The notes under the pieces were generated by a model, which did no database searches, was not told where the DNA came from, and worked only from the letters and a program-made list of their open reading frames with translations. A stretch of 64,000 bases of DNA, taken from positions 160,001-224,000 of the forward strand of contig JBOEGF010000008.1 of the NCBI GenBank assembly GCA_050633305.1, written 5' to 3'. A program made the translations under genes and the position numbers. Each line of letters starts with the position of its first letter. The first letter of the stretch is position 1. Positions 1 through 11,446 of this stretch are shown here, piece by piece. The stretch comes from Nannocystales bacterium. Its GTDB lineage: Bacteria; Myxococcota_A; Polyangia; Nannocystales; Nannocystaceae.

Positions 1-28
1 CTTCGGTCCAACGACAGAGAAACAGGCA

Positions 29-772
29 ATGGCTCGATTCAACAACAAGAAAGTTCTCATCACAGGCGGCAGCAGCGGAATCGGTCTTGCGACCGCGGAA
101 CGACTGGTCTCCGAAGGCGCTCACGTTCTCATCACCGGGAGCAATGCAGACAGACTCGCGACCGCGGCAAAACAGCTGAACGTCATGACACTCCAGAACG
201 ACGCCGGGGACCCCGAGGCGGCACCGGCTCTGGCCGAATTCGCGAAGCGAGAATTCGGTCGACTGGACGGGGTCTTCCTCAACGCCGGATTCGGCCGATT
301 TCGGCCACTGGAGGATGTCACCGCCGACGACTTCGATGCCCACTACGACGTAAACGTCCGGGGGCCCCTGCTGCAGCTCAAGTCCTTGTCCGAGGGTCTC
401 GTCGATCAAGGGGCGGTCGTGTTCAACACTTCGATCGCGCGTACGATCGGAATGGCCGGCGCCTCGGTGTACGCCTCCACGAAGGGCGCGCTGCGTACCG
501 TCGTCCGTGTCCTCGCCCGAGAATTCTCCGGTCGGGGAATCCGCGTGAACGCGGTCAGCCCTGGCCCGATCAAGAGCGACTTCCTCCGGCGTGCCGGGAT
601 GGAGCCGACCGACATCGAAGGCTTCACGGCGCAGATCGTCTCCCAGGTGCCGCTGGGAAGAATGGGCGAGCCCTCGGAAGTCGCCGCCGTCGCAGCCTTC
701 CTGCTGTCATCCGACGCCTCCTTCGTCACGGGGTCGGAGTACATCGTCGACGGTGGGTTGACCGAGCTGTAG
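29..772 (+). CDS. SDR family oxidoreductase
   Basis: TGGSSGIG Rossmann motif, NAG, YASTK catalytic YxxxK, C-terminal VDGG. Confidence 0.95.
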   Translation: MARFNNKKVLITGGSSGIGLATAERLVSEGAHVLITGSNADRLATAAKQLNVMTLQNDAGDPEAAPALAEFAKREFGRLDGVFLNAGFGRFRPLEDVTADDFDAHYDVNVRGPLLQLKSLSEGLVDQGAVVFNTSIARTIGMAGASVYASTKGALRTVVRVLAREFSGRGIRVNAVSPGPIKSDFLRRAGMEPTDIEGFTAQIVSQVPLGRMGEPSEVAAVAAFLLSSDASFVTGSEYIVDGGLTEL

Positions 773-840
773 CCACGTCGCGCGCCGTGTGCCTCGGCTG
801 GGACCGCAACAGCCGAGCTTCGCGGAACGCCTCGGCGCGC

Positions 841-2823
841 TCACCGTTGACGAAGGGGAGCTCGACACTCGCGGCGCCACGCCCATGTCGCCACGAGCAT
901 GAGGATAGGACTCCCGCCGCCCCCAGGACCCGTCCGACAGCCTCCGCCTTCTCCCGTTGCGGAGGCGCCGGTTTCAGCGGCATCACCGCTGGAACCCCGG
1001 CTCCCAATCGTACTGCTTCCTGAGGTCGGGACGCTCCCTGACGTCGTGCTTTCTCCGCCCGTACCACCGCCGCTGCCCATCCCCGACGACCCCTGGGAAC
1101 CCGTCGTCGTTCCCATGGGTGGGGTCCAGCCGACCTCCAGCACCACCGCTTCCGAGCTTCCCTGGACGTCCCAGATGTTCGTCGCGACGGCAACCACCTC
1201 CCAAGTCCCAACGGGAAACACGACCTCAGCAAACGAGAACGGAGGGACCTCGTCCACAACCGGTTGGAGTTCCCCGTTGATCGAAAGTTGAACGAACGCC
1301 GTATCGCTGCTTGTCTCGACATCGATCGTCGTCGCCAGGGAAAGCTCCTCGGTCTGGCTCGAGACGGGGTCGGAGATCACGACCGATGGCGGCGCGGTGG
1401 GGGGAACGAGCGCGGCCTCGATCGCGGCGGGAGCCTGCGGCAGCGGACCGATCCGTCCGGTATCTCCGACCGGCTGCGGCAAGCCGGTCCCTTGAAGCAC
1501 GGTCCTCATCTGGGCCGAAGTCAGCGGCTCCCCACCCTCGTCCTTCACCGCTCCCTGCACCAGTGCTGCCACCCCCGCAACGATGGGACCAGCGGAACTC
1601 GTCCCGTTGAAGACAGCCGTGTAGCTCTGATTGGGGTCATCGCCGTACATCGCGTACTGGCCATAGCCGGTCGTGAAGACCTGCTCGCCCCAACCCTGGA
1701 CATCCAGGCGCTCCCCGAATGTGCTGAAGTTCAGGCGCTCCCGCGTGCCCGGTCGGCCTGCCCCCACCATGATCGCCCCGGAGTCTCCCCGCTCCCGATA
1801 CGAGGCAAGCTCGTCGCGATCCAAGTCGAGTTCACCGTTCCCGGCAGTCGCGACCACCACCACCCCTGCATCCGCCGCCATTCGGCTCGCCATCCACACG
1901 GCTTCGTTGATCTCGGCGGGTCCCAGCAACCCCGTGAGAGGTTCGGGCGTCTGCATCTCGAGCAGGATGACGTCCCCCACAGCCGCATCAGCAGCCGCGG
2001 AGATGATCGATTCGGGTCGCCGGGAGCCCGACTCGATCGAGAGCTCAGGGTAGACCCCGAGCGTGCCACCCGGCGCGATCCCGGTGACCCCGTACCCGTT
2101 GTCCCCCGCGATCAGGACCCCGGCGACCCCGGTCCCATGCTGCTCCACACCAGGGATGCCCGCCAGCGCTTCGAGGTCTGGCGTCTGGTTGGCCTCGGGC
2201 GTCAGCGTGCCCTCGTTCCACTCTTCATGCGCGAGCAACCACGCGTACTCGATGTCCACCAGCCCCACGCCGACGCCGCGGTAGCCCATGCCCCATGCCC
2301 CGATCGCATCGACGCCAGGGTCCGAGCCGAGATAGCCCTGGAGCGCCTGGAGGTCCGGTGTCGTGGGGGCGATGTCGACAGGCGCCGGCGTCCCAACGGG
2401 ACTGACGCTGACGAACTCCACCACAGGCAAGGCCTGAAGCGCCCTCGCGTCTTCCAATGAGCCGCCGTCCACCTCAAACACGCCGAGCAGGTCGGGTTGC
2501 TCGCGGCCGCTCTTCGCTCGTGCCCGCGTGGCGAGTCGTGCAACACGCCCCGCATCGGGAAACATCGGCGTGAGGCGGAGCGAACGTTCGAGGAGCAGCT
2601 CGTTCAGCGCAACGACGTCGTGCCCGGATCCACTTCGGACCCTCGAGTCCGTCTCCCCTCGAACGGCGGCGAAGTCGGCAAACTTCACGACCACGCGGTG
2701 TGGACCTCCAACCGCCGTGAGCGGAGCCTTTGCGATCGGTCGACGGGGGCGGGCCGCCTCGGTTGGAACCGGGAGCAACGCCAAGCTTCCCGCCACCGCC
2801 AGTCCCCATGCCCGAAGTGCCAT
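841..2823 (-). CDS. Secreted S8 (subtilisin-like) serine peptidase with Ig-like domain, Ser/Gly linker and MYXO-CTERM-like tail
   Basis: Triad motifs DIEY, HGTGV, GTSSAGP. Signal peptide from ATG 2823 (MALRAWGLAVAG). C-terminal GGGC-hydrophobic-RR tail. Confidence 0.88.
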   Translation of the reverse strand: MALRAWGLAVAGSLALLPVPTEAARPRRPIAKAPLTAVGGPHRVVVKFADFAAVRGETDSRVRSGSGHDVVALNELLLERSLRLTPMFPDAGRVARLATRARAKSGREQPDLLGVFEVDGGSLEDARALQALPVVEFVSVSPVGTPAPVDIAPTTPDLQALQGYLGSDPGVDAIGAWGMGYRGVGVGLVDIEYAWLLAHEEWNEGTLTPEANQTPDLEALAGIPGVEQHGTGVAGVLIAGDNGYGVTGIAPGGTLGVYPELSIESGSRRPESIISAAADAAVGDVILLEMQTPEPLTGLLGPAEINEAVWMASRMAADAGVVVVATAGNGELDLDRDELASYRERGDSGAIMVGAGRPGTRERLNFSTFGERLDVQGWGEQVFTTGYGQYAMYGDDPNQSYTAVFNGTSSAGPIVAGVAALVQGAVKDEGGEPLTSAQMRTVLQGTGLPQPVGDTGRIGPLPQAPAAIEAALVPPTAPPSVVISDPVSSQTEELSLATTIDVETSSDTAFVQLSINGELQPVVDEVPPFSFAEVVFPVGTWEVVAVATNIWDVQGSSEAVVLEVGWTPPMGTTTGSQGSSGMGSGGGTGGESTTSGSVPTSGSSTIGSRGSSGDAAETGASATGEGGGCRTGPGGGGSPILMLVATWAWRRECRAPLRQR

Positions 2824-3066
2824 CCCCACAACTGTACCCGCCACACTCGGGCCTGAAGGCTCGCGCGATCTCGCAGGCGCCCACAGCACGGTAGGTGCGA
2901 GACGAGGCGAGCCACGTTCTCCGCAGCCGATGGCGGCCCGGGATGAAACTCCGGTCGCGACCAGTGCGCCCATCAACAGCATGTCCAAGCACGAGCACGG
3001 ACACGGACGCCAAAAAGCCCACACTCCGCTCGGGAATGTGGGCTCGGTGAGCGTTGAGGATGAGAC

Positions 3067-3234
3067 TCAGGAGCGGACCGCGGGCTCTGCCTCGACGACC
3101 CGAAGTGTCCGTCCTGGAGCGGGCACCGGCTGTCGCACGGTCCGGGGGTCCTCATCGATACTCGTCTCGCACTCGACGCGCTTGAGGACCCAGACACCGT
3201 GCTCGGGGCGGAACTCGCTTTGGAAGTCGCTCAT
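3067..3234 (-). CDS. Possible small hypothetical protein (55 aa, MSDFQSEFRPEHGVWVLKRVEC...)
   Basis: Manually translated ATG 3234 to TGA 3067. Purine-rich upstream sequence. Fills the gap between two minus-strand genes. No homology recognised. Confidence 0.35.
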   Translation of the reverse strand: MSDFQSEFRPEHGVWVLKRVECETSIDEDPRTVRQPVPAPGRTLRVVEAEPAVRS

Positions 3235-3321
3235 CTCATTTCCAACATACGGTTTCGGTGTCGGGAATCCATGTCGATGCGATTTCAGTCCGCGGCCGCG
3301 CCGCCCGAGACGAGAGCTGGC

Positions 3322-3663
3322 CTACGAAAACAGATCTTCGAACAGCTCTTCGTTGAAGCCGACGATCAGCGTCTTGCCGACTCTGAGCGTGGGCGCGCGG
3401 AGATTTCCGGTCGGCCCGAGCATCGCCGCGACCGCGTCTTCCGAGCGCAGCGCATTCCCCTTGAAGCTGGACAGCTTCTTTCCTTTGGCCACGTGCAGCG
3501 TGGAGGCTGCGGCGAGCATTTCCGTCGCGACATCACGGCCGAGCTTGCGGCTGGCCGGAACCTTCTCTTGGGCAACGAGGCCCCGTGCATCCATGAACTT
3601 GGACGCTCTTGTGCAACTCGTTCAACCGTTGCGGTGGTAGTGCCACTGGATTTTTTTTGCCAT
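3322..3663 (-). CDS. ArsC-family (thioredoxin-fold) selenoprotein, Sec at codon 14 (UxxC)
   Basis: ATG 3663 with AAAGGA RBS reads MAKKIQWHYHRNG-TGA-TSCTRASKFM, in frame with ORF 3322..3594. C-terminal LGPTGNLRAPTLRVGKTLIVGFNEE is ArsC/Spx-like. SECIS-like hairpin follows the UGA. Confidence 0.9.
3587..3606 (-). promoter_or_regulatory. Candidate bacterial SECIS element
   Basis: GCGUCCA-AGUUCA-UGGAUGC 7-bp stem. G at loop position 2. Loop starts 22 nt after the UGA at 3624-3622. Confidence 0.75.
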
Positions 3664-3697
3664 CCGGGATCCTTTCTCGTTCGTCTCGAGTTCGTGT

Positions 3698-4735
3698 TCA
3701 CAACTCGTCGCAGGCGCATCCCCAACTCTCCGGGAGAGATGGGCACGTGACCGAAGCGATCACGCGGTGGCCTTCGGAGTTCGGGTGAATGTAGTCGAAC
3801 CCTCGCAGTTCGGGGCGCATGAACCACTGCGGAACTTCGGATGCCCGCTGTGCGTCTGCAGCCAGCGCAGCCTCGTACGCATCGGGGTCGAGATCGGCGT
3901 GGGCCTTCTTCCAGGCGCGGTCTCTCTCAAACAGACGACGCATGGCGTCCACGTCCCGTGGCTCGGCGTCTTTGTGGCGGAGCTCGGAGTCGTAGAGATC
4001 GATCCCGATGTCGACGACCTCGGAGGGATCCCAGTCGACGTCCCCCTCGACGGAGCGCTTCACCGCGTAGCGACCGAGCGCATCCTTGGGATGGTTCCGC
4101 CCCGTGACGTAGTCGACGACGATACGCGTCGCCTCGGTCTTCGAGAGCCCGGCGAGCCCCTTGAACTTGCTGAGTCCGTCCTTGCCCCACGGGGTGGGAC
4201 TGAGGACAACGGCCTTCATGCCCTTGCCATGCGCCAACTCGACCAGCCCCTTGACGTAGTGGTTGGTCATCTCCGGCATCCCAATGCTGTTGAGACCCGT
4301 CGCCACGAAGGCCCAGTACTCGAACTGCTCCTCGTTGAGTTTGATGTGGCGGTTCTTGAGGACTTGCCCGCGGAAGCGCTGCTTCATCTGCAGCGCGCCG
4401 ATGCCGGTCTTGGACAGGTTCCGGATCTCGACGTTCTCGCAGACACCACCGAGTCGCTTGTGAAACGACTGCCCCGAAAATGCTCCGACGGATCCCGCGA
4501 TGACCGCGATCTTCACCGGCTTGTCGGGCTGTTTCCACCGCCACGTCGGCGCCGGCTCTTCGCTCTCCGGCAGGGGCGGAGTCGTAGCAAGAGCGGTCAT
4601 CAGACCGAGTGGGCCGAGCAGGGAAAGAGCCACGAAGGGAGTGTGCGGCGCCGTCCCGCGATGCGTCAACGATTCGACGAAAACGAGATGTGTTGACCTA
4701 GCCCTCTCGGACAACTCGGAGAGGTCGGGAGTCAT
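3698..4735 (-). CDS. SGNH/GDSL-like exported protein (start uncertain)
   Basis: Block I-like IAGSVG, block III GLNS, block V DYIHPN (DxxH). N-terminal hydrophobic stretch. Confidence 0.7.
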   Translation of the reverse strand: MTPDLSELSERARSTHLVFVESLTHRGTAPHTPFVALSLLGPLGLMTALATTPPLPESEEPAPTWRWKQPDKPVKIAVIAGSVGAFSGQSFHKRLGGVCENVEIRNLSKTGIGALQMKQRFRGQVLKNRHIKLNEEQFEYWAFVATGLNSIGMPEMTNHYVKGLVELAHGKGMKAVVLSPTPWGKDGLSKFKGLAGLSKTEATRIVVDYVTGRNHPKDALGRYAVKRSVEGDVDWDPSEVVDIGIDLYDSELRHKDAEPRDVDAMRRLFERDRAWKKAHADLDPDAYEAALAADAQRASEVPQWFMRPELRGFDYIHPNSEGHRVIASVTCPSLPESWGCACDEL

Positions 4736-4792
4736 GGATCGCCCGACGGGGGCCGCCAGACACCCACTCGGCGACCTCCGGGTCCCGCGGTG

Positions 4793-6157
4793 TCACCGCA
4801 TGGTTAGCCCGGCGGAACGACGCCGCTCCACGTAGCCGGCGATCAGCGCGTCGTACATCCACCCGCCGAGCACTTCGCGCCCCGCATGGTTGAGGTGCTT
4901 GCGGTCCGGCGCCGCCAACGGAGGCTTCTTGCGCCGCCAAGCGGCGAGACTGCCCTTGCCCCCCATCGCCGTGAAGCTGTCGAAGAACGCGCAACCAGCT
5001 TCTTCGGCGGCCTGCCGTTGCGCCTCGACCACGTCACCGAGCACGGCGGTCACGTCGAAGTCCAGGGAGCGAGCGCGATCGGTCATCGCGGTGACCAAGC
5101 AGGATGCGTCGGGTTTGCCCGCCCGCACCTTCATGATGCCTTTGACGAACTCTGCGGTGTACTGCGCTGGCTTGATCTTCTTGTTGGCGATTCGACGGGT
5201 GTCGTTGCCACCGAAGGTGAACACCAGCAGTGCGGGGTCTCGTTGCTTCACCTGCGCCGCGATGTGCTCGTCGTTCCACGCATGCATGCGCTTGGTGAAC
5301 GCACCGAGCCAGCTGAACTGGTCCCACACCAGGCCCTTGTCCGTCTCGAGCACGACACCGTAGGCGCGGACCTGACCACCACCGCCAGGGCGCACGGTGA
5401 CCGAGTGGCGCCCGTCGGCAACCTCGATCGTGTGAAACCGGTCCTCGAGGGCGTCGGCGGCGGTCTCCACAACGACCGGCTCGGCATCGTCGACCTGGAC
5501 CTTCAGCCGTCCGCCACGGCGCTGGCCGGCGTACCAAATCTCGAGGTGTGAGGAGTGACTCCCGAGTCCTTCCTTGCGGTTGCTGACCTTGGTACTGGCC
5601 CCGCCCGCGCTCCAGAATGTGGCGCCGCCGAGTCCATAGTGCCCGTCGCCTTTGCACAGGTAGCCGATGTAGCACTGCTCCCAGCCCTTCCCCTTGAGGT
5701 CGACCCAGCGGTGGATGTAGTTCGACATGTAGCGCTGAAGGAGCACCAAGCCGGCACCTCCATCGCCGAAGCGGGTTTGGAACTTGTTCCGCATGACCGA
5801 GGGCAGGTCGTCCATGCCGATCATCGACGCACCCAGATGCACGACGCGCACGACCTTGGTCTCGCCATCGTCGAGCGCAGCAAGCTGGTCGTAGAAGTAG
5901 TGGAGCGCCTCAGGGTTCTCGATCGCGTGATGCGGGGTGACCTCGTCCTCGGGGCGGGGTTTCCACATAGGCTTCTCAGGCTCCGGCTCCGCGACGACCT
6001 CGGCCTTTTTGGGCACGACAGCGGCCGCCACAGGCTTTTCGGGGGCAGCCACGGCCTGCGGGGTCGGACTCACCGGGGACTCCGACCCGCTCTCAGGCGC
6101 GGGCGACGAGCACCCCGCGAGGGCCAACACAGCAGCGACAAACGACGCTCGCATCAT
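4793..6157 (-). CDS. SGNH/GDSL lipoprotein, PatB/AlgJ-like putative acyltransferase
   Basis: Lipobox LAGC. HLGASM (block I, GAS variant), GGND, PDRKHLN. Paralog of 14040..15758. Confidence 0.85.
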   Translation of the reverse strand: MMRASFVAAVLALAGCSSPAPESGSESPVSPTPQAVAAPEKPVAAAVVPKKAEVVAEPEPEKPMWKPRPEDEVTPHHAIENPEALHYFYDQLAALDDGETKVVRVVHLGASMIGMDDLPSVMRNKFQTRFGDGGAGLVLLQRYMSNYIHRWVDLKGKGWEQCYIGYLCKGDGHYGLGGATFWSAGGASTKVSNRKEGLGSHSSHLEIWYAGQRRGGRLKVQVDDAEPVVVETAADALEDRFHTIEVADGRHSVTVRPGGGGQVRAYGVVLETDKGLVWDQFSWLGAFTKRMHAWNDEHIAAQVKQRDPALLVFTFGGNDTRRIANKKIKPAQYTAEFVKGIMKVRAGKPDASCLVTAMTDRARSLDFDVTAVLGDVVEAQRQAAEEAGCAFFDSFTAMGGKGSLAAWRRKKPPLAAPDRKHLNHAGREVLGGWMYDALIAGYVERRRSAGLTMR

Positions 6158-6160
6158 CGA

Positions 6161-7066
6161 TCAGTCTTCCTTCTTGAGTCGGCCGAGCAGCAAGCCCAGC
6201 TCGTAGCGGCGGCGGGCATCCTCATCGTTTTCGTCCTGCGTTGAGACGGCCTCGTACCCCAGACGCTCGAGCGTGGGGTTGCAGACCTTCGCCAGCATCG
6301 TCTGGGACGCGGCCGGCAGAGACTTCCACCGCGCGACACTGCGGGTGTCGACCTTGGCCCGCGCATAGGTTTTCCAGTCGCCGAACCCGACGTGCTCACT
6401 CGAGCCCAGCGCGCGTGCAACGATCCCATCGTCGTAGGCCTCATCGACGAACGCGAGCACCTCCGCGAGCACGGATTCGGGGTCCTCGGAGAGCCTCTCG
6501 TAGCGGATGCTCAGCGCATCATCGTCGTGTTCGGCGAGGTCCTCGATCGCGTTCGCCGTGTCGACCCAAGCGTGTGCAAACGCCTCGAGCGGCTGCGGGT
6601 AGCGCGTGACGTAGCGATGCAACTCCTCGACGTAGCCCCCGGTCTTGTCGGTGAGTTCAGCGATGCTGGCCGCAACGTCGAGTCCATGCCGATGCAGGCA
6701 GATGAACTTGACGTGCCCCGAGCACAGCCGGCGGATCGCAGGCACATGGAACGCGTCGAAGGCCGTCTTCTCGGCCCAACGCGTCTTGCCGGCTTTGGCT
6801 GCGTGGTCCTCGAAGAAGCCGAGGGCGAAGCGCCGCAGACGGCCCAGGACTTCGGCGTCCTCGAACCCGGCATAGCCCAGGCCCGACAACGCCCCGATCT
6901 TCAGGCCCTGCGCAAACGACTCCTCATGCAGGAACCGAGCGGCCCCACTGAGGACGTAGGTTTCCGGCGGGCACGCGATGTTCGGGTGCGCGTCGAGCAG
7001 CCGACGCAACAGCGTCGTGCCCGAGCGTGGCGTACCAAGGATGACAATCCCGGGCCGCTGCGTCAT
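6161..7066 (-). CDS. PAPS-dependent sulfotransferase (cytoplasmic)
   Basis: 5'-PSB GTPRSGTT, WAEKT, 3'-PB RHGLDVAAS, RYERL. No signal peptide. Confidence 0.93.
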   Translation of the reverse strand: MTQRPGIVILGTPRSGTTLLRRLLDAHPNIACPPETYVLSGAARFLHEESFAQGLKIGALSGLGYAGFEDAEVLGRLRRFALGFFEDHAAKAGKTRWAEKTAFDAFHVPAIRRLCSGHVKFICLHRHGLDVAASIAELTDKTGGYVEELHRYVTRYPQPLEAFAHAWVDTANAIEDLAEHDDDALSIRYERLSEDPESVLAEVLAFVDEAYDDGIVARALGSSEHVGFGDWKTYARAKVDTRSVARWKSLPAASQTMLAKVCNPTLERLGYEAVSTQDENDEDARRRYELGLLLGRLKKED

Positions 7067-7305
7067 GCCGTCTGTTCCCGCGCGAACGCGAGGATGCGGC
7101 TCACCGAGTCGAGGTTGTCGAGCGTGATGTCCTCAGGGCCCATCTTGGTGCCCGTGTGCTTCTCCAAGAAGACGAGGAGATCCACCATCGCGAACGAGTC
7201 CACGAGTCCGGTGGAGAACAACTCCGTCTCATCTTTGGCCTGGCTCAAATCGACCCGGGCCTTCTCTTCGAGGTACTGAATCAGTGCATCCCGTGTGAGC
7301 GCCAT
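7063..7305 (-). CDS. Acyl/aminoacyl carrier protein (DltC-like)
   Basis: 80 aa, acidic. FSTGLVDSFAMVDLL phosphopantetheine Ser motif. ATGA overlap with the sulfotransferase. Confidence 0.92.
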   Translation of the reverse strand: MALTRDALIQYLEEKARVDLSQAKDETELFSTGLVDSFAMVDLLVFLEKHTGTKMGPEDITLDNLDSVSRILAFAREQTA

Positions 7306-7422
7306 GACCGGCGGACCCTACCAGGCAGTGCCTAGGTTCGGAACAAACCGCGGCTACGGGCCCCCAACGCGCGAACGCCACCGGTTGAACGACGACGAGG
7401 GTTCGGAATTTGCCCTTGGAAG

Positions 7423-7438
7423 CGGCAATCGCGTTGCA
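7423..7438 (+). promoter_or_regulatory. Candidate sigma54 (-24/-12) promoter
   Basis: CGGCAATCGCGTTGCA: GG-N10-GC ending in TTGCA, about 90 nt upstream of the DUF1592-type gene. Confidence 0.4.
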
Positions 7439-7527
7439 AATCTCGGCTGGAGAATGCGCCTGTGCAGCCGATGCCTGTGGCACGGCAGGGGTTCTGTGGT
7501 CCACAATCGTCGCCAACTCGTACCGGG

Positions 7528-9299
<1,772 letters not shown>

Positions 9300-9303
<4 letters not shown>

Positions 9304-10724
9304 CAGCCATGCTCAATCGCCGACGCCTTCTCCAGGCCCTAGGCCTGGGGTCGAGTTCCCTGTTCCTACCCTCCCTGGGTCAGCGCAGCTTCGGGGACAC
9401 TGGCGACGGGCCTCCATGCCGCATCGCCTTCGTGATGACCTATCACGGCATCCTCTACGATGAGTGGAAGATGCGTCCGGGCGACGCGCCAGAGACCGGA
9501 CAATTCGACGCCGACATCTCGGGGCTGGACGCCTCCGAGTTCTCCACCATCCTCGAGCCCCTGGCGCCCTTTGCCAACCGCATGACGGTGCTCGATGGAC
9601 TCGACTTGGTCTCGGTCAAGCCCATGGGCGGAGGCATCGGGCACTTCATCAGCCCCATCAACGCCATGACCGGGGCCCGCACGGTGGGCGAAGACTCCGG
9701 TTCCCGCTCAACCGCCGTGTCGATCGACCAGCTGATCGCCGAAGGCATCGCCCGACCGGACCGGCTTCGTTCGGTGGAGGTCGGCATGCGCGACGAGCCG
9801 ATCAGCTACGCCACCGCGGGGCAGGCTCTGCCCCGAGAGACCCGTCCGGGGACGTTCTGGGACCGTTTGTTTCCCGGCGGTGCGGAGCCTGACAACGGCG
9901 CGCCGACCGTCGCCGCCCGGGTCCAGAACGGCCAGGCCTCGATGCTCGACCTCGTCGGGCAAGAATACGAAGCCCTGCAGCCGCGGCTCAGTGGTGAGGA
10001 TCGCCAGAAACTCGAGGCGCACCGGGACCTCATCCGGGACCTCGAGCAGCGCGTCGCAGGCTATGCGTCGGTCGACTGTACCGCCCCGCTGCCGCCCGAG
10101 GACGTCCTCAATGCCGACCCCGACCGCTACAACAAGGAAGCCAAGCAGTTCATGGACCTGCTCTCGGTGGCGTTCGCATGTGACCTCACCCGAGTTGCTA
10201 CGGTCGCGCTGACGCAGCTGCCCAACAGCGCGTTCGGAGCACCGGCCGGCGACGTCCACCAAGACTTCGCCCACCTGTGCGATCCGCCGAACCCGGATCC
10301 GACGGCCTACGAGCAGATGACGCGGTACCACCGCCACCACGCGACCCAGATCGCGGACTTCCTCCAGACACTCGACTCGGTGCCCGAGGGCGGCGGCACC
10401 ATGCTCGACAACACCTTGGTGGTCTGGCTCAACGAGATGGCCGACGGAACCCACAACCAGGACGTCTACCCGATGGTCCTGTTCGGCGGGTCCAACATCC
10501 CGCTGCGATGGGGTCGCTACCTGCGCTTCAACATGAACGGGCGCGTACCGCTGGGCTCGAACTTCTACAACAGCCAGCGCCCCTCTGGCATGCCTCAGAA
10601 CCGCGTCCTCGCCACGCTCGCCCAGGCTATGGGCGTGGGCCTCGACACTGTCGGCGATGCCGAAGTTGCGGCCGAGGGCGGGACGATCAACTGTAGCGGG
10701 GCCGTCGACGAGATGTTTTCCTGA
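9300..10724 (+). CDS. DUF1552-type Tat-exported protein
   Basis: NRRRLL Tat-like signal, SIDQLIA, AFACDLTRV, TMLDNT. ATGA overlap with the upstream gene, the usual partner arrangement. Confidence 0.88.
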
Positions 10725-10791
10725 CGAGCCGTTCGGCTTTTAGACCATCGCTCCGCTGTCGCGCGTATCGGCCCTCCCGAGGGACGACGAG

Positions 10792-11439
10792 ATGCGCAAG
10801 ACATGGATCATGATGTGGGTGCTGGGACTGGGTTGCGCGAGCACCGGGGAGCCAGATTCGACCGTCGAAGAGTTCTTGGCCGTAGACTCAGCCCAGAGCA
10901 GCGGCGTGCAAGCCCAGGGCTCGCCACCACCGCAAGTCCGTGCCCCCGCGCAGCTTCCGGACTCCGAAGATACGCGTTGGACGACGACCCACTACAACCT
11001 GACGATTCAGGTCGATCACCCCGCAGAGGCGCTCGGGAGGGCCAGAGCCGTCCTGCTCGAAGGTTCGGCGGCGATCACAAACTCGAGCCGACAACCCGAC
11101 AGCGCCACCCTCAACGCCACCGTTGGGCCGCAGACCTACGCCAACCTCCTCGCAGCGGTGGGAGAGCTCGGAGGCGCCATCACCAGCGAGAACTCGTCGC
11201 AGAGCAACACGGGCATTCAGGTCCGTCAGCTGCGCGAGCGCCTCGAGCTCGCTCAGCGCGCCGACGCCCAGCTCTCCGGGCGGCTGGAGGGCGTTCACGG
11301 TGACGACCTGGACGCGCTGATGTTCCTGCATGAACTCACCGCCCGCGAGCGGCAGAATCTGGAGAATCAGATCCGCTCGTACTGGGACCAGGCCGGAAAG
11401 ACCTACGTCTATTTGACGTTCCAGCGTCGCAGCGGCTGA
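10792..11439 (+). CDS. DUF4349-like lipoprotein
   Basis: Lipobox LGLGC, ferredoxin-like alpha/beta region followed by a coiled coil. Confidence 0.6.
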   Translation: MRKTWIMMWVLGLGCASTGEPDSTVEEFLAVDSAQSSGVQAQGSPPPQVRAPAQLPDSEDTRWTTTHYNLTIQVDHPAEALGRARAVLLEGSAAITNSSRQPDSATLNATVGPQTYANLLAAVGELGGAITSENSSQSNTGIQVRQLRERLELAQRADAQLSGRLEGVHGDDLDALMFLHELTARERQNLENQIRSYWDQAGKTYVYLTFQRRSG

Positions 11440-11446
11440 GCCGGCG

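Noticed and set aside
2824..3234. Readthrough of TGA 3067 joining the small ORF to the S8 peptidase frame
   Set aside because: Although in frame, the peptidase has its own signal peptide and -10 box at 2823. No redox motif or SECIS at that TGA.
3651..3658. A8 tract in the selenoprotein 5' end as a phase-variation or frameshift site
   Set aside because: The frame is intact (Ala-Lys-Lys-Ile). A-rich starts are common and there is no evidence of slippage.
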